A stretch of 64,000 bases of DNA from contig MNCI01000556.1 in the NCBI GenBank assembly GCA_015680685.1, positions 1,452,202 to 1,516,201 of the forward strand, read 5' to 3'. Positions 37,943 to 51,900 of this stretch are shown in pieces (positions within the stretch are counted from its first letter, which is position 1; every line of letters starts with the position of its first letter). Below the pieces are notes generated by a model. That model worked only from the letters and a program-made list of their open reading frames with translations, searched no databases and was not told the origin of the DNA. The stretch comes from Gnetum montanum. Taxonomy: Eukaryota > Plantae > Gnetophyta. Position numbers and translations under genes: made by a program.

Positions 37943-40042
37943 GTGAAAACTAGAAGATCAAGAAGATCATCCATTATATCTGGTTTATCAATTGATAAGA
38001 GAAGATCTAGAAAGTCAAAGAGTTCAACATTTCAAAAGAATAGGATGGAAAATCCTTGGCAAAGAGTTACACCATTAGGATTTCAAAATTACAATGATAT
38101 TCCTAAGGTAGTTTACAAATATTTTCCTGAGCCTTTCATTCCTGGAAAAGCTTATTTAGTTGACGAATATATTCACATGTTTGAGTTAGCTTTAGCTCAT
38201 GCAAATATTCAACATTAAGATCAACCTTGTAGGTTCTTTGTATTAAATCTAAAGGATATGGCTCAGATTTGGTATTCAAACTTACCAAGTAATAGTATTA
38301 CAAGTTGGGATGACATGAAGAACCTTTTCTTAGCCTAGTTTGGTAATTAGTTAGATAAAAAACAACTATACTGTGGGCTGATACAAGCTAAGTAAGGAGT
38401 TAAAGAGTTAATTAGAGATTTCAATATCAAGTTTCAATGAATTTGTAGACTCTTTCAAAGACAATATAGGCCATCAGAATAAATGCTTAAAGAAACTTAT
38501 CTTAAGGTTATTAACCCCAACATTTCAATTTGGTTAAGGAGAAATCCAAACTTAACTACACTAAATGAATACTTTAGTGAAGCTATACAGTTATAAAAAT
38601 AGTTGAATCTTGAAGAAAATATTGTGATTCAAAAAAGAGAAGAAAGAGTTATGATTCCTATGCAATATTTTGCTCAATTTAAAGCTTTACCAGGTCCATA
38701 TCATGTTAAGATAGAGCAAGAACATGAAAAATTAGGATTTGAAAAAGGACAATTAATGAGAGATATGTCTAACAAAATAGTGAAGCTTGAAAAAGCTTTG
38801 GCAAGAGTTAATATCAATGAAGAAAGGAAAAATAGAAAGCATAAACATCAAGACACTAAGTTAGCAGAAGATGAGGATGAAAGTGACCTTATTATGTCCA
38901 ACTTTCTTGATATTGAATCTGATAATGAGTTATCTAGTGTTCATTATGCAAGTAAATCTTCTAGCAATGGATCTAGTGATACTTCTTCTCTATCAAGTTC
39001 TGAAGAAGATATGTCATCAGATGAAGAATGTAATAACAATGAGGAAAATGGATATAGTCTTCGATCTAAGGAAAGACTAACTACTTCTAGACCCCCAAAT
39101 GTTATTACTGATCCATCTACTAAGAGAAAAGCTTTTGAGCCAAATAGAAGAGATAAGAATAAAGGTAAAGACAATCAAGTGGAGCAAAGCACTCCAAATC
39201 AGTCTTTCAATAAATGGATAAAGAGATGAAGCTTTATTGGTGATGGAGAATATGATTTGATTAAAGACCTTAAACATGTCAAGGCCAATATTAGCCTCTA
39301 TTAGTTGCTTCAAATACGAGATCAGCAAAGAAAGTCTTTAGAGTTCATTAAAGATAAAAGGAGAGTTAGAGAATCAGAGTTAACTTATGTGTCTAACAAT
39401 GATGAGAAATTAGAGACTTTATATGATAAGGAAGCTCCTCCTTTTCTTTTGACAATGAAATTAAAGGATAAATACTTACACAATTGTTTGGTTGATTCTA
39501 GAGCTACATCTACTATAATGCCATTATCTATATGTAAGTAACTTGGTTTGATTCCTAAAAAATAAAATAAAAAGATTGTTCAAGTGGATAAAAGTAGAGT
39601 GAAGATTGTGGGTCAATTACCAAATGTCCTATTGGAAATTGCTTCTGAACCCCACGTCAGAAGTAGACTAACTATCCAACTGGTAGATATACCAGATTCA
39701 CATAGTCTCTTATCGGGTAGAAGTTGGAGCAAGAACTTCTTAGGTTACATATCAACAGATTATTCTCACATGTGGTTACCCTGGAAAGAAGAACCAAATC
39801 AAATATACATCTATAGCAAACCTATGATGATTGATAACATTACTTCGAATGGAAAAAGTAAGATGGTTGAAAAAGGAGGTGTTGAAAACAAAATTTGTAC
39901 ACTCCAAGAAAATTATAGTTCTAAGAAAGAAGATAAGAGAATTGCTGAAGAAAATGCTATAAAAGATCAAGTTGAAAACTCCAGCAAGCCAAAAGATAAT
40001 AGATATATTACTTATGAGAAGGTTAGTGAGGATTCCTACTAG
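37943..40042 (+). pseudogene. gag-protease of element F (in-frame stops)
   Basis: Retrotransposon gag H*DQPCRFFVLNLKDMAQIWYSNLPSNSITSWDDMKNLFLA*F. Protease PPFLLT...HNCLVDSRATSTIMP...VDIPDSHSLLSGRSW...TDYSHMWLPW. Confidence 0.9.
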
Positions 40043-40274
40043 TGGAATCCTCCCCATTCTCTTCCCATCTCAAGAATAGTCCATGAACAAAGGAATTGAT
40101 AATGTACAGTATATTGTTTCTTTTAGGAATGAGGTTTTTATACCATCAAATATTATGTTTGATGGGAATTTTCCTCGAAAAACATTTATCTTTCCAGCTA
40201 TAAAAATTTCAATAAAAGCTTCAAGGACAATTCAATTTTAAAATAGGGCTTGCATAAATTTCCTTAAGTCTTTT

Positions 40275-40288
40275 AAAGGGGGCAGAAA
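40275..40288 (+). promoter_or_regulatory. Polypurine tract of element F
   Basis: AAAGGGGGCAGAAA immediately before the 3' LTR TG. Confidence 0.85.
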
Positions 40289-43200
40289 TGTTGGCACATT
40301 TTGGCCATTTAATGGAGCAGGCTTTGTGAGGTTGTGGAGAAAATAATATAACTAAAGTTCACCCTAATTTAAACATTGCCAATATTTTATTGGATGAAGA
40401 CTTTTCAGAGGTGTTGGGTTGGTAGTTTAAAAGGTTTTTCTCTAATTGATTCACTAGCAAATACAGTTTTGTTTAAGACAAATGATCAATTATTCAGAGT
40501 TCATGACAATCTTCTACTAGCTATTTTAGTGCCAAAGAAGTATTCACTAGATCTACAAACATGTATTGATGTACAAGTCAAGAAGTGGTTTTAGTTAACC
40601 TCCATAAGGTATGGGAAGGTAATGAATGTAAGGCAACTTGTAGTCAACTTAGACAATCTCAATCCCAATTGTTGGCAAAGAAAAAGAAAATAGAGAACAA
40701 ATGTATGACAAAATAATGGATTCAATAGTGTGAAGGGAATGCATTAAAAGAAGAAGAAGAAATTTGAGTCTTGGTGGTGAAGTAGTTCATTAAGCGTACA
40801 TATGAATCCGGTGCTCTGGACAAGCGCACAATGACAAGTTTGTGAAGCCTAACTCTAAATAACACCCACCCTTTGCATCTGCATCTACACAAACTGTGAT
40901 GCCACTCTAGTTTCAGACTAACATTACTATTGCTAGATAGGCTCCTACTAGGCCTTCTAGAGGTCATGTTTTCATGCTCCTTCTTCTTAGTCTCAACCTC
41001 AGCGTCAGCAATCATTTCAAGCCTCCCATGCATAACAGCAACAGCTAGAATTGCCAATTTCGCTGCTAGTGATCTGCTTTCTTTCCTTGATTCTTTCATG
41101 CCTGCCTATGATTTGATCATCAGTGAAGAAAATCTACCCTCCATTCTACTGAATTTTCACAAGGATGTTGTGACAATAGAGGAAGAAAAGTGGGTTCATC
41201 CGCCTTTCCAGGTTAATAGAGATGAGCAAGGAAATATCTTCGTGCGAGGCTCTCAGGAGATGAAGTGTGTCCCCACTTAGTACTTGGAAGCCACTAGGAA
41301 TTTCAAGAGCAAGGGTTTTGTTCCAACTAGAACTCTACATCTTTAATTTGTTCTGGACAAGGAGATCAGAGGCCATGACAGCGCTAAAAAGTTTGTGGAG
41401 TTTGAGGTTTCCAGGAGGGTTGCGAGCCAGGTATCTAGGTCAACAATGATGATGGTAGAACGCATGTTAGGGTTATCATCAAAGGCAATAGTAGCGGCAT
41501 TTTGCACAACTTGTTGGGCCATGGAAGTGTCCATGGTTCCATGGGTGTCTTCATGGAGGCCACACTGAATTCTTTTGCTACTGCTACTGGTGAATTGCAG
41601 GACTTGGTGCAAGCACTTGCTGCATTTTGGAGTCCTCCCACCATTTGTGAGAAAGCCAAAGGAATGAAACGGTGAAAAGAGAATCTAGAAATGGATTTCC
41701 CTTCCCTTGCTTTGGTCTGTCTTGGCATGCAAGCAACACAAAAATATAGCATGCAAATATATAGAGCATTGCATTCCTGTGTGCATGCCTCTCTCTCTGC
41801 CTTGCTCCGTTGGATTAAACTATTTTCCTAGTGCTAGAATCTAGGCTGCCAACTCCACCACCCACAGTCGCAGTAGCTGTGCCCACCTTTGAATGACAAA
41901 ATGCTTTCAACACAACAATTTGGTCTGCACGAATGAATTCGAATCAAAATATTTTGTCTTGTATCCATCTTTTGTAGCTAAGATGTCAGCTCGTGGATCA
42001 TGAAATTGTAGTTTTGATAAGAGGCTTGGTAAGAAAAACACAATCTATCTTGAATCTTCATCTAGTACTGAACTTGTAAACTTTTGTTCTAAGAAGAAGT
42101 GTATGCAATGTCATTGAACTATAATAAATCCTAGAACTGCAATATTCTCTTTAAAATAAAAAAAACTATTTTATGATTTAAAAATGGAATTTGTGCAACA
42201 ATTGTTCAAAATCCTATGTGAATTGAACACTTGTCAATTGAAATGGTGGTTATAACCACCACCAAGGCCACTTGTCAACTATAGACTTTTTGTCTCCACA
42301 ATGGCCACTTGTCAACTAAATGGGCCACTTTTCAACTAAATGGGACACTTGTCAACTACAATTTTTTTATCTCCATGGTTACCACTTGGTAACTAAATGA
42401 AGACACTTGGCAACTAAATGAAGACACTTGGCAACTAAATGAAGATACTTGGCAACTAAATAGGACACTTGTCAACTACAGCTTTTTTGTCTCTATGGTG
42501 GTTATAGCCACCAAAAATTTTTGTAACTTACCTAACTACCTATGAGACCCTATAAAAGGGCTTCAAGGGTAGGAATGGAAGGACACTTGAGGTCTCATAT
42601 CACACACTTGGGATCTCACTTGAAGACACACTTTGAGTTTTGAGAAGAGCTTGTAAGAAGAAATTATGAACGATTGCTTGTAAGATGGCTTGCAAAAGAA
42701 AATATTTCAACCTCTTTGTCATAGTCTTGTGAGTTATGTTTTATTTTTATTTTGTTTATATTATTTAGCTAGTGGTTTAGATAGTATCATCCTTGGCAAG
42801 TAATTTTGGGATTTTTAGATTTCTCTTATTGTTCTTGTTGCCTGATAGAAAATTTTTATTAAAATTTTGGCATAGAAGAACTTGTGTTTAAAGCCTTAAG
42901 AGCATTTTAGTAGTAAATTTTTTTATTGTGCAATGTATAAGAACCACTATTGTGATTATTGTAAGAGAGCCTCTACTTATAGTCATGTTGTTGAATGATT
43001 CAATAGTCAAGAGGGTTCAGAAAATCTTTGGTATTTTGATGGGACCAGAATAGCTTCTTTTTATCTTTAAAGTGAATATTTCAATCAGAAATTGTTAATT
43101 CTTTTGAAGGTTCTATTGAATGCAATTGTTGACATCCATTATCTAACCAAAATGGAGTCTCGTACGTGGTAGTTTACGTAGCAATTTTTTGGTAGCATAG

Positions 43201-43776
43201 TAGGATTGTCTTGAAGAAATTGCTTATTTGAACCTTGGAAGTTTGAACAATTCGTAGATATTGAATTTTGGATAGCTTTAATTTAAAGTGTTTACTTGTG
43301 TCATTTTACCTTGTTTAAATAGTTGAGGTCCATGTAAATCTACTTTCTTTTCTATCTATTTCCATCGAATCTTGCTCTATTTCTAGTTTTCTTGTGGAAC
43401 TATCTCTTTCTATGGGGAAAATTAGAGGTAGATTCAAAGAGTTGTGCTCAAATTTTTTTGCAAAATTTTATTTTTTACAGGTAGGTATTATAAGGACTAC
43501 ATAGACTAGGCAATTGAACAAAATAGGAACTCTCAAAAACTCATAATACTTGGCAAAGTTGTCTGAATCTCTTTAAGACAAGTCATCTATAGTTTACACA
43601 TAACGCAATCGTTTCATTTTTCACAACCGCACACCACAATAGCACACACACATACTCACATTAACTATTGAGTTTATTTGGAGGTATTTGGGCCTTGGTG
43701 TTGCCAGAGAATAGCAAGCACCTAAATCCTGTTCAAGGACACTCGTTGGCGGTTGCATCCCAAATAGTTGTCAATA
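40289..43776 (+). repeat. 3' LTR of element F
   Basis: TGTTGGCA...TGTCAATA followed by the TSD. Confidence 0.95.
41134..41405 (+). pseudogene. ACY1: Aminoacylase-1 fragment, second copy in the 3' LTR of F
   Basis: LPSILLNFHKDVVTIEEEKWVHPPFQVNRDEQGNIFVRGSQEMKCVPT*YLEA (end of ORF 40930-41280 and beyond). Confidence 0.92.
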
Positions 43777-43781
43777 CTATG

Positions 43782-45395
43782 TAGTGTAGGTCAAACTCCA
43801 TGATTATCACCTTCCATTGTGCAATTCGACTACTTTCATACATGTTTGTAGTAATCACCTAGAGTACATTGCCTTTGCAGATAACATTAACTTGACTATG
43901 GAGAAGATAGTGTCTCCATTTTTTGAGTACAAAGACCAAGGAGAGATAGTTTTTCTCTACATTGTTGTATTTTTCCTTGTGGACCACTAGTGCATATCTT
44001 AAGTAGTAAATAGTAACCTATGATACATAGTCTTGCTTTTGGAAAAGCAAAGAAGCAATGGATGTATCTGAGGTTGCAAGATAAATGTAAAAAGGCTTAT
44101 CTCCCTGCATAGGGTAGACTATCCGAAGTTGAGCCAGCTCCTTTTTAGGTTGTCAAATGTTGAGCTATCCACTCAAAGTGGACATCCTTTTTGAGAAAAT
44201 GTTGCATTGCCTAAAAATTATTGATCAACCAAGTGATAAACCTAGATATGAACTATTATTTTTGTAGCTCCTTAAGGTTCATCAATGGCACTAATTTGGT
44301 AATAGCCTTAACCTTATCAGGGTCTACATGTATACCTGCTTCTGATACTACAAGCCTAGCATGGTACTAGTTTTGATTCCGAAGACATAATTTTTGGGAT
44401 TCAACCTAAGGTCATGTCTAAGGAAATGTTTGAGGACATGGTCCAAGTCACCTACATGGTTCTAAGCTAACTTGGACTTAACTGCTATATTGTCAACATA
44501 GTCATTGAGTAATTATAGTAGATAATCACTAAAGATGTATGTCATCATACATTAATAGGTTTCTCTTGTGTTATTAAATCCAAAGGGCATCATTATATAG
44601 CAAAAAATACCCCAGGTAGTCATGAAGGTGGTGCTGATTTGGTGCTTTAGGTTGATTTGAATTTGGTTGTACCCTGAAAATCCATCCAAAAAGAACAACA
44701 AAGCATGACAAACCATAGTATTCATGAGTTGGTCAATTGGTCAATACTAGGCAATGGAAAATCATCTTTGATGGTTTCCTTATTTTAAGTCTTCTAAGTC
44801 TATCAAAATGCATATACTTCCATTTGTTTTAGGGACAACTATAATGTTTGAAACCTAGTTAGTAGAATCAACTACTCATATGAAACCAACTTTGTAAAGC
44901 TTAGTGATTTCATCGCAAACTTCCAACATCACCTTAGGATTGATGTTGAAAGCTTTTTATCTAATTGGTCTTATGAGAGGATCAAGATTAATGTTGTGTT
45001 ATATTAAGTGAGGATCCAAGATTGGAATGTCCTCATAGGACCATGCAAATTCCTTGATGTTATCGTTAAGGATTTTACAGATGCTTTGTTTGATTTGAGA
45101 CTCTAATAAAGAACTAAGTTTCAATGTCTTTGCTTTTCCTTTACATGTTACTATAAGGATTTCAATGAGAAGATCCTCAGTTACATCACCTGCCTCTAGG
45201 TCTAGAGCTCTAACTAGATGGTCTAGCTAGTCTAGAGATGTCTCTAAGGATGCTATGTTTCTGTCATAAGTCACAGGTTCAAAGTCTAGAAGCTCAGTGT
45301 TTATGCATCTCGTGGAACCACTATAAGGTCTAGTCAAGACTAAGGGTGATTGAAGACTCTCATATGCATTCGTTCTATAATCATGCTAAAAAATC
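43782..45395 (-). pseudogene. Element C reverse transcriptase and native RNase H remnant
   Basis: FAWSYEDIP, DDFPLP, FLDGFSGYNQI, MPFGFNN, YVDNIAVKS, GIHVDPDKVKAI, PFYIYLATSDTSI. Confidence 0.92.
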
Positions 45396-45902
45396 CTACA
45401 AAATAACCAAAAATGTCAAGTGGAACCTATCTTAATAAGGTGAAATGCATAAAATAAAGAAGACAATGTTATGAAGATTTGGCTAACTATGCAATTGTTG
45501 GATCAGGCAAGAAAGTTTCTTAAGTAATTTTGTGGCCATAAAATTGCTAGTTTAAAGTCATAGTAGACTATGGTTTATGTGGTAAACATGTGTTTAAGAA
45601 AAGCTTGGAAGTTTTTAAATGTGGGGTAAACTATATGTTTATTAAGCAATAAAAAAATGCAAAAAAATTTCTAAGTGTAGGGACGTTAAAAAAGTTGGAA
45701 AAAATTTTCTAACTCTATGTGTTATGCTCATGCCATGTTATGCATGGGACATGCAACAATCCTATGTTATGTATGGGACATGGGATAGGCCCTAGGAGGG
45801 TGACATATCCTTCAACCTAGAAGGGTATAAATAAGGGTTTTTACCATAGTAAAGCTATCATTTTTGAAGTTAAAGTAGATAGTCAATGAGCGTAGGATGG
45901 CC

Positions 45903-48900
45903 ATGGCGAAGGGAGGCAGAGCATAGAAATGATAGAGAGAAAGCTAGAGCATAATAGAGAGGAAAGAATAAAGCAAGAGCATAATAATTAACCATGATGT
46001 GCTATAGTAAACACCAACATCTTGGCCTCACCAATGTGGATGAAGGAGAACACATATTGAGGTGTCTTCCCAAGGGATGCATATAGGATTGTAGAGAGAT
46101 GTCATTAGCCAAGTAAGGTGCTACACTTTACCCTCATGATTTATTTCCCTTGTTTCATGTTTACTTTGGGGTTTTGGACTTTTGACGGCAGTTTTCCTTG
46201 GGCAAGGACTACCACTACCATTGCAGCCATCTTGAGTCATGGACAAGGAAGAGAGTGTGCATAGTACATTTTTTTTAACTTTTTGAGCTTTTTGTTACAA
46301 GGGTTTGGTGTCCCATGCACAGCATAGGATAGGGGTTTTCTTAGCATCCTATGCATAGTATAGAACAAACATTTCTTGATGTCTTGTGCACAACATGGGA
46401 TAGGTATTTTCCTTGGTGTCTTACACATAATGCAGGATAGGGTTCAATTGAGATGGTTTGAAGAAGAAAATGGAGCATGATAGTCTAGGATGGGTGACTA
46501 TGATGATCATGGCTATCATACTAAGGTATGTTCTTGAGAGCATAATGAGAAGTGAGAAAAAAATTTGTTTTCTAGCATCATGCTTTATAGGCAATGTAGT
46601 CAACAGGTTACACTCTACAGTTGGAAATTTTAACAGTTGGAAATTTTGGTGGTTCTTATGCTCAGTGAGGAGTGAAAAAAACACTTTGAAACTTTTTTTG
46701 GTTTTTACACTTTGTGGGAAGCATAACTAACACTTGGAAAAATTTTATAGTTGTTACCCTTTTGACACTTAGAAAAATTTTGCTATGCTTTGCTAGGAAC
46801 ATAACTGATACTTAAAAAAATTTTGTAGTTTTGAAAGTTATCCTCTATGAAAAGCATAACCAATAGTTAGTGAATTTTTTCTTGATACAACATAGATGTT
46901 AGTGTTGTGCCCAGCTGAAGACTAGGCATGTTAGATGGGTATGTTGACTTCCCTTTCCTGTGAGGCTTGGTGAAAAGTTAAGTATGTTGAATGTAATTTC
47001 TATGCATTTTCTATTCAACACTAATGTTATCTTTTTGTTTCTATTGTGGAATTGTAGGGTATTGTTGAAACCTATCCTCATCATGGTGGAGTTGGTGGGC
47101 ATCTTGTGCTACATGAGCAAGACTATGCCAAATGTGCCTGCACTAGATACACATGTAGGCCACCAAGCAGTATGGTTTAGGTTGGGTGCATAAGAATTCC
47201 TAGAATTTTTGCTTCACCAATTCAGTGTGATGATATGGTCAGACTTGGTGGTAGAAGCAATGGGCATCATAATGGAAACACTATTGCCAAGGTTGAACAG
47301 AGGCATTCTAAGGTTCATATCTAATGAGCTTGCAAATGATGAAGGAGCAGAGAGCTTCGAATAAGGTAGCAATGGCCTTAGCCTTTTGTCTAGGATATAG
47401 GGAATTTCAATGCTACAACAATAACAACACTTTGTTCATTACCCAACACCTACACACTCTTTTCTAGAACCCACCTGGGATGGTGTATTATGCTAGAGGG
47501 TGAGTCCCCTTTCAATTTCTTGCACTACTTATTAGATTATGGTTTAGGATGCTAACTACTTACATCTATTGCCAAGTTTTGCATTGATGGAAATGGCCTC
47601 CATGATGAGGAGGGGCATTGAATTTGACTTAAACTACACTACAAGAATTCTCATCTTTTGAGAATGTATGTCACAATGATTGGATATATTAGGGAAAACC
47701 TAGTGGAAATTCCCCATCGATATTCCAAGTCTTATGAGAGGTGCTAGGCCCTTAACTAGTTAGATGCTAAGTGGGCAACTAGAATACTAAGCATGGAGGA
47801 AGTTTCAACCGCAGATCATTCATGCCAAGTCAGTCATGTCTTACTTATTTTTATGCACTTTTTACTGTTTTCTTTTTTTATGTTGCAAATTTTACCTTTT
47901 CTTATTGCAGCTACAGTTAAGTGAAGAGAGGTCATGATGGTTGCTAAAAGTCATACTAAGGCCACTCTCATCTTCAAATATGGTGAGGTTAAAAGCTCAC
48001 AACGTTGGTTGTGCTTTGAGGCCACAATGGATGTTTCAAGGAATATTCAGTGAGCTAGGCTTATGGACATTTTCTTGGCCATTATCCCAAGCATTCTAGT
48101 GGCCAAAATGATAGCCATAATTGACTCCTTCACTAAGAGTAATAATTGCTTCAACACACAGGTCTGTAATGTATGGGTGATTTTTGAAGTTATAGACAAA
48201 TTCCTTATAGACCTCTTCAGCATCCCCTTTGAGGGTCTACTAGTTGTAGAAAAGATTGATAAAGACCTAGACCATTAAGAGAACATTGAGAAGTGGTTGA
48301 ACAATTACTAGCTTCACAAAGGAATACCAATTAAGGAGGTGAAGGTGTCTGTGGTTCACCATCTCTATCTAGTCTTTTGAGCTCATGCATTTCCAAATCT
48401 ACTTTCCAAAGAAAAGATTCTTGGGGTTGAACAAGCTTGGATCATGAGGGACATGATAGAGGAGGGAACATGGTACAACTGGGCCAATTACCTTGTTAAC
48501 AACCTACATGCTAAAATTATGAGGTTGTGCCACCACCTCAAAGCATGATCACACATGCATTTTTCATTCTTCGTAGCATGCCTATGAAGATTTGTAGAAT
48601 TTTTGGTGGTTCATGAGAATAGGTGGTGGATGGTGCAAGATTTTCACCAAATTTCTAGGCCATGATAAAAACACCACAAAATTTTGGCTAGCACTTTCAG
48701 ATAGAAAATAGAGCTAATTCATGATGATCCCCAGCATGACCAAGCTCCATAGCATCAAAATAGCATCGAATGGAGCATAATTGAAAAGGAAAAAGTTCCC
48801 CAGGACCCACAAGTGACTACATCAACATCCAACATTTGCAATTTCAAGTTTTGGATTCAAAATACTTAGTTTTGACCAAGTATACTCTGTTCACGCTAGG

Positions 48901-51900
48901 CTATACGTTGGCCAGCGTACAGACCAGCGTATGGAAATTTTTGCGCCCCAAAAAAAGAGTCAAAACATTCCAGAATTGAGCATCTGGACCCCTGATGAAC
49001 TTCTCCAAGGTCCTCAATAGCTCCCAACCTCCTAAAAATTTAATTTTGGGTCCTAAATGATGCCAATTCATGTCTATACACTAGGTAGACCTTGGTATAC
49101 CCTGGCCAACGTATAGCCCAACGTATACCATCAAAAAGGACTCAAAAAAGGCATCCCAGAGCAAGATTTTTACATCAAATTAACTCTTGGAGGTAGAAAA
49201 AATATTGAGCATCATCACTAGCTCCTGAAGATCAAGTTTTGACCTTGAAATGATGCATTTTCATGTGTATATGCTGGGTACACCTTGCTATACGCTGGCC
49301 AGCATATAGCCCAATGTACACCACAATGAATGGGGAAAATCATGCATTTTTGGGCAAGTTTTCAACTTGGAATTGATCCTTAGGACATGGGAAATAATCC
49401 TACAAGGTCATAGGCTTCAAAAAAACTTTATTTTTGGACTTCCAACGAGCCATTTTCACCTATTTACGTTGAGCACACCTTGGTATATGTTGGCCAGCGT
49501 ATAGCTCAGCATAGACCACTATAATAGGCCCGAAACTACATCAAAATGAAGTCAAAATTGGCATCCAAACACCTTGGAGGATCAGCAGTGCTTAGGCATC
49601 AAGGGACAAGCACTAGTGTATAGAGTTAGACATCCAACATGGCATTTCATGGGGTGTACATTGAGGTTGATGCTGGCTAGCGTATAGCCCAATGTCAACC
49701 CGACAAAGTCATCCAAAATAGTAGCAAATCAAGGAAAAATCAGTTCAAATTCGACATATGACACCCTTAGGACATGATCCATGTAGATCTATAGTCAAAA
49801 TTGGCTTTGGAGATCAAAATTTTGTCCAAAATGCATCATTTATGGTCCATACATTGGCCAGCGTATGGAGTGTATAGAGCATATATGCTAGTGTACACAT
49901 GCTAGATGTCCAATCTCATATGCTGAATGCTCTATGCAGATGCCAACACATGCTTGAGGACTTCAAGACATGATGAGGCCAAAAAAATTAGGCTAGATCA
50001 TGGCTCTAGAAGCTAGAGACATTATTCTTGATGTAACATACAAATTCTTTTGTAAATTTTAAGTTTTTTGAGCATTCCAAGCCTATACACTAAGCGTTCA
50101 TATGCTAGCATGTATGCTACACACTGTATAGTTGTAACATATCCTGCACTTGGTCAACGCACCACCTATCTCCCTATCTAAATTTTTCTCACCTCATAGC
50201 TACTCATCAACTTCCAGATCTGAATTTAATGCCCAAGATCTTATAAAAACCCTGATTTGTCACTAGATTGGGGTTGGCAATTTTTACAAACAGATCCAAG
50301 AACTAGAATATGGGGATACTTAGCAAATTGGAGCATCAACCTTTGTACGCTGGGCATCAGACTTGGATGCTACATTTCCCTACAACCCAAAACCTGCATC
50401 TTGCAGCACCCATCATCACCCACTGAGGCTAAACATCCACCTTGTGATCAATCCACAACTGCGTTCTGACCGTTGCACACTGTAATCATTTTTCAATACA
50501 AAATAATTTACATTTTGTCCAGATTTACTGCACTTTTTCTTTGTTTTTCTAATTTATGTTTACATTCCCATTTATGTTATTGTGCCTATTTACATTATGG
50601 TTTACATTTAATGTGCATCGTTTACGTATAACCCAATGCATTGCAAAGTGTGTATGTTGGGGAAGTCCTCGTTTGATCCACACGCAGACCATTCAAGGAA
50701 CTCTGCCTTCATCCATTCTAGCTTGCCCTCAAGCAAAGGTAGGATTTTCTATATTTCTTCCTAGGATCTCCTAGTGCTTATTTCATTCCAGCCTTGCACC
50801 GATGATTTCAGATGGTACACATGGGTTCATCACCTATTTAACACTACATGGTCATAGGACACTCTAGAGGTGATTGGCAAGTCATTTTCAGTAATGACTA
50901 AAGGAAATGTGGGATGATCCTAACACACACATGATAGTGCTAGGGAGGCCCCACCAACCAACACTAGAAATGTAGTGAGAGGGGCACGACTCATTGCCAA
51001 GATAGTGAGATAATCCAAAATAAAGATTAAGAAGCCACATTCTACGGAGGTTCCTACATATGAAATGGAGGAGGATGGTAGAAAACTCCAATTTAAGATC
51101 CACAATGTGTGCTTAGAAATTACAAGTAATTATGCATTATTTAATACTACTATAATGTGTCATGCTATATTACCCTCATTATTGACAATTCTAAATCTAA
51201 TTTGTGTGACATAGGCAAGAGGACTCTTGTAGTGGTAGTAGAGCCTACAGAGGAGGATGTCCCTAAACATAAGGTACATATGGCAAATCAAGATGAATGG
51301 AAAGCTACCAAAGTGCTAAGGAAACTTGAAGAAGAAGGGTTGCAATTTGAAGGATTGAGTTTGAGAGTTTCTTTCACAACATGCAGATAGACAATCCCCT
51401 TGCTCTCACACTTGAGGGCTTGGTGGGTAGGAGCATTGCACCATTAGTTCTTTTGTTTTATTACTATTTTTCTTCCTTCTCCCTTATTTTTTTATTGTAT
51501 TATTCTAACTTTCACACCCTTCACTATTGTCTATTTGATAATCACTAAGTATATTATGTTGCAGTAGTCAATGTTTTTGCTGAATGTTCAACATCCACAT
51601 CCACCTTCCATACACAACCATGGACAAAGGTTCTAGATAAGTTTGTCTTCATGCAAGGCATGGTGGATGATATGATAGATCATATAAAAAAAATGGACCC
51701 TAAGATTGATATGCCTATTCTATTATATATTTTCCTTTTTTATTAATTTTCTTATTTGGTTTGTGGCTAAAATTATCTTGTCTATTATGTAATGATAGGT
51801 TCATAACTTAAGTGAGACCCAAAAAAGGTAGTCTAGGTTGATGTTGTGCCTAATTTTCCACCTAAGGTGAAGTGCCTCATCACATCTATGATGAGACAAG

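Larger units (their letters stand above)
34224..43776 (+). mobile_element. Element F: non-autonomous gag-protease-only Ty3/gypsy element (TR-GAG-like), 3.5-kb LTRs, 5-bp TSD CTATG
   Basis: LTRs at 34224-37728 and 40289-43776. TSD at 34219-34223 and 43777-43781. Removing F and one TSD copy restores the host frame RIAQWKVIIMEFDLHYIVQASTKGQVIAA. PBS and PPT are present. The 2.56-kb internal region has no RT/RH/INT. Confidence 0.95.

Noticed and set aside
38603-39229. 208-aa ORF as an independent gene
   Set aside because: It is the stop-bounded middle part of the gag-protease polyprotein of F.
50791-50798. Alternative solo-LTR end at CTTGCA (inverted match to the TGCAAG start)
   Set aside because: No target-site duplication follows it, whereas the end at 50810 gives GATGG on both sides.
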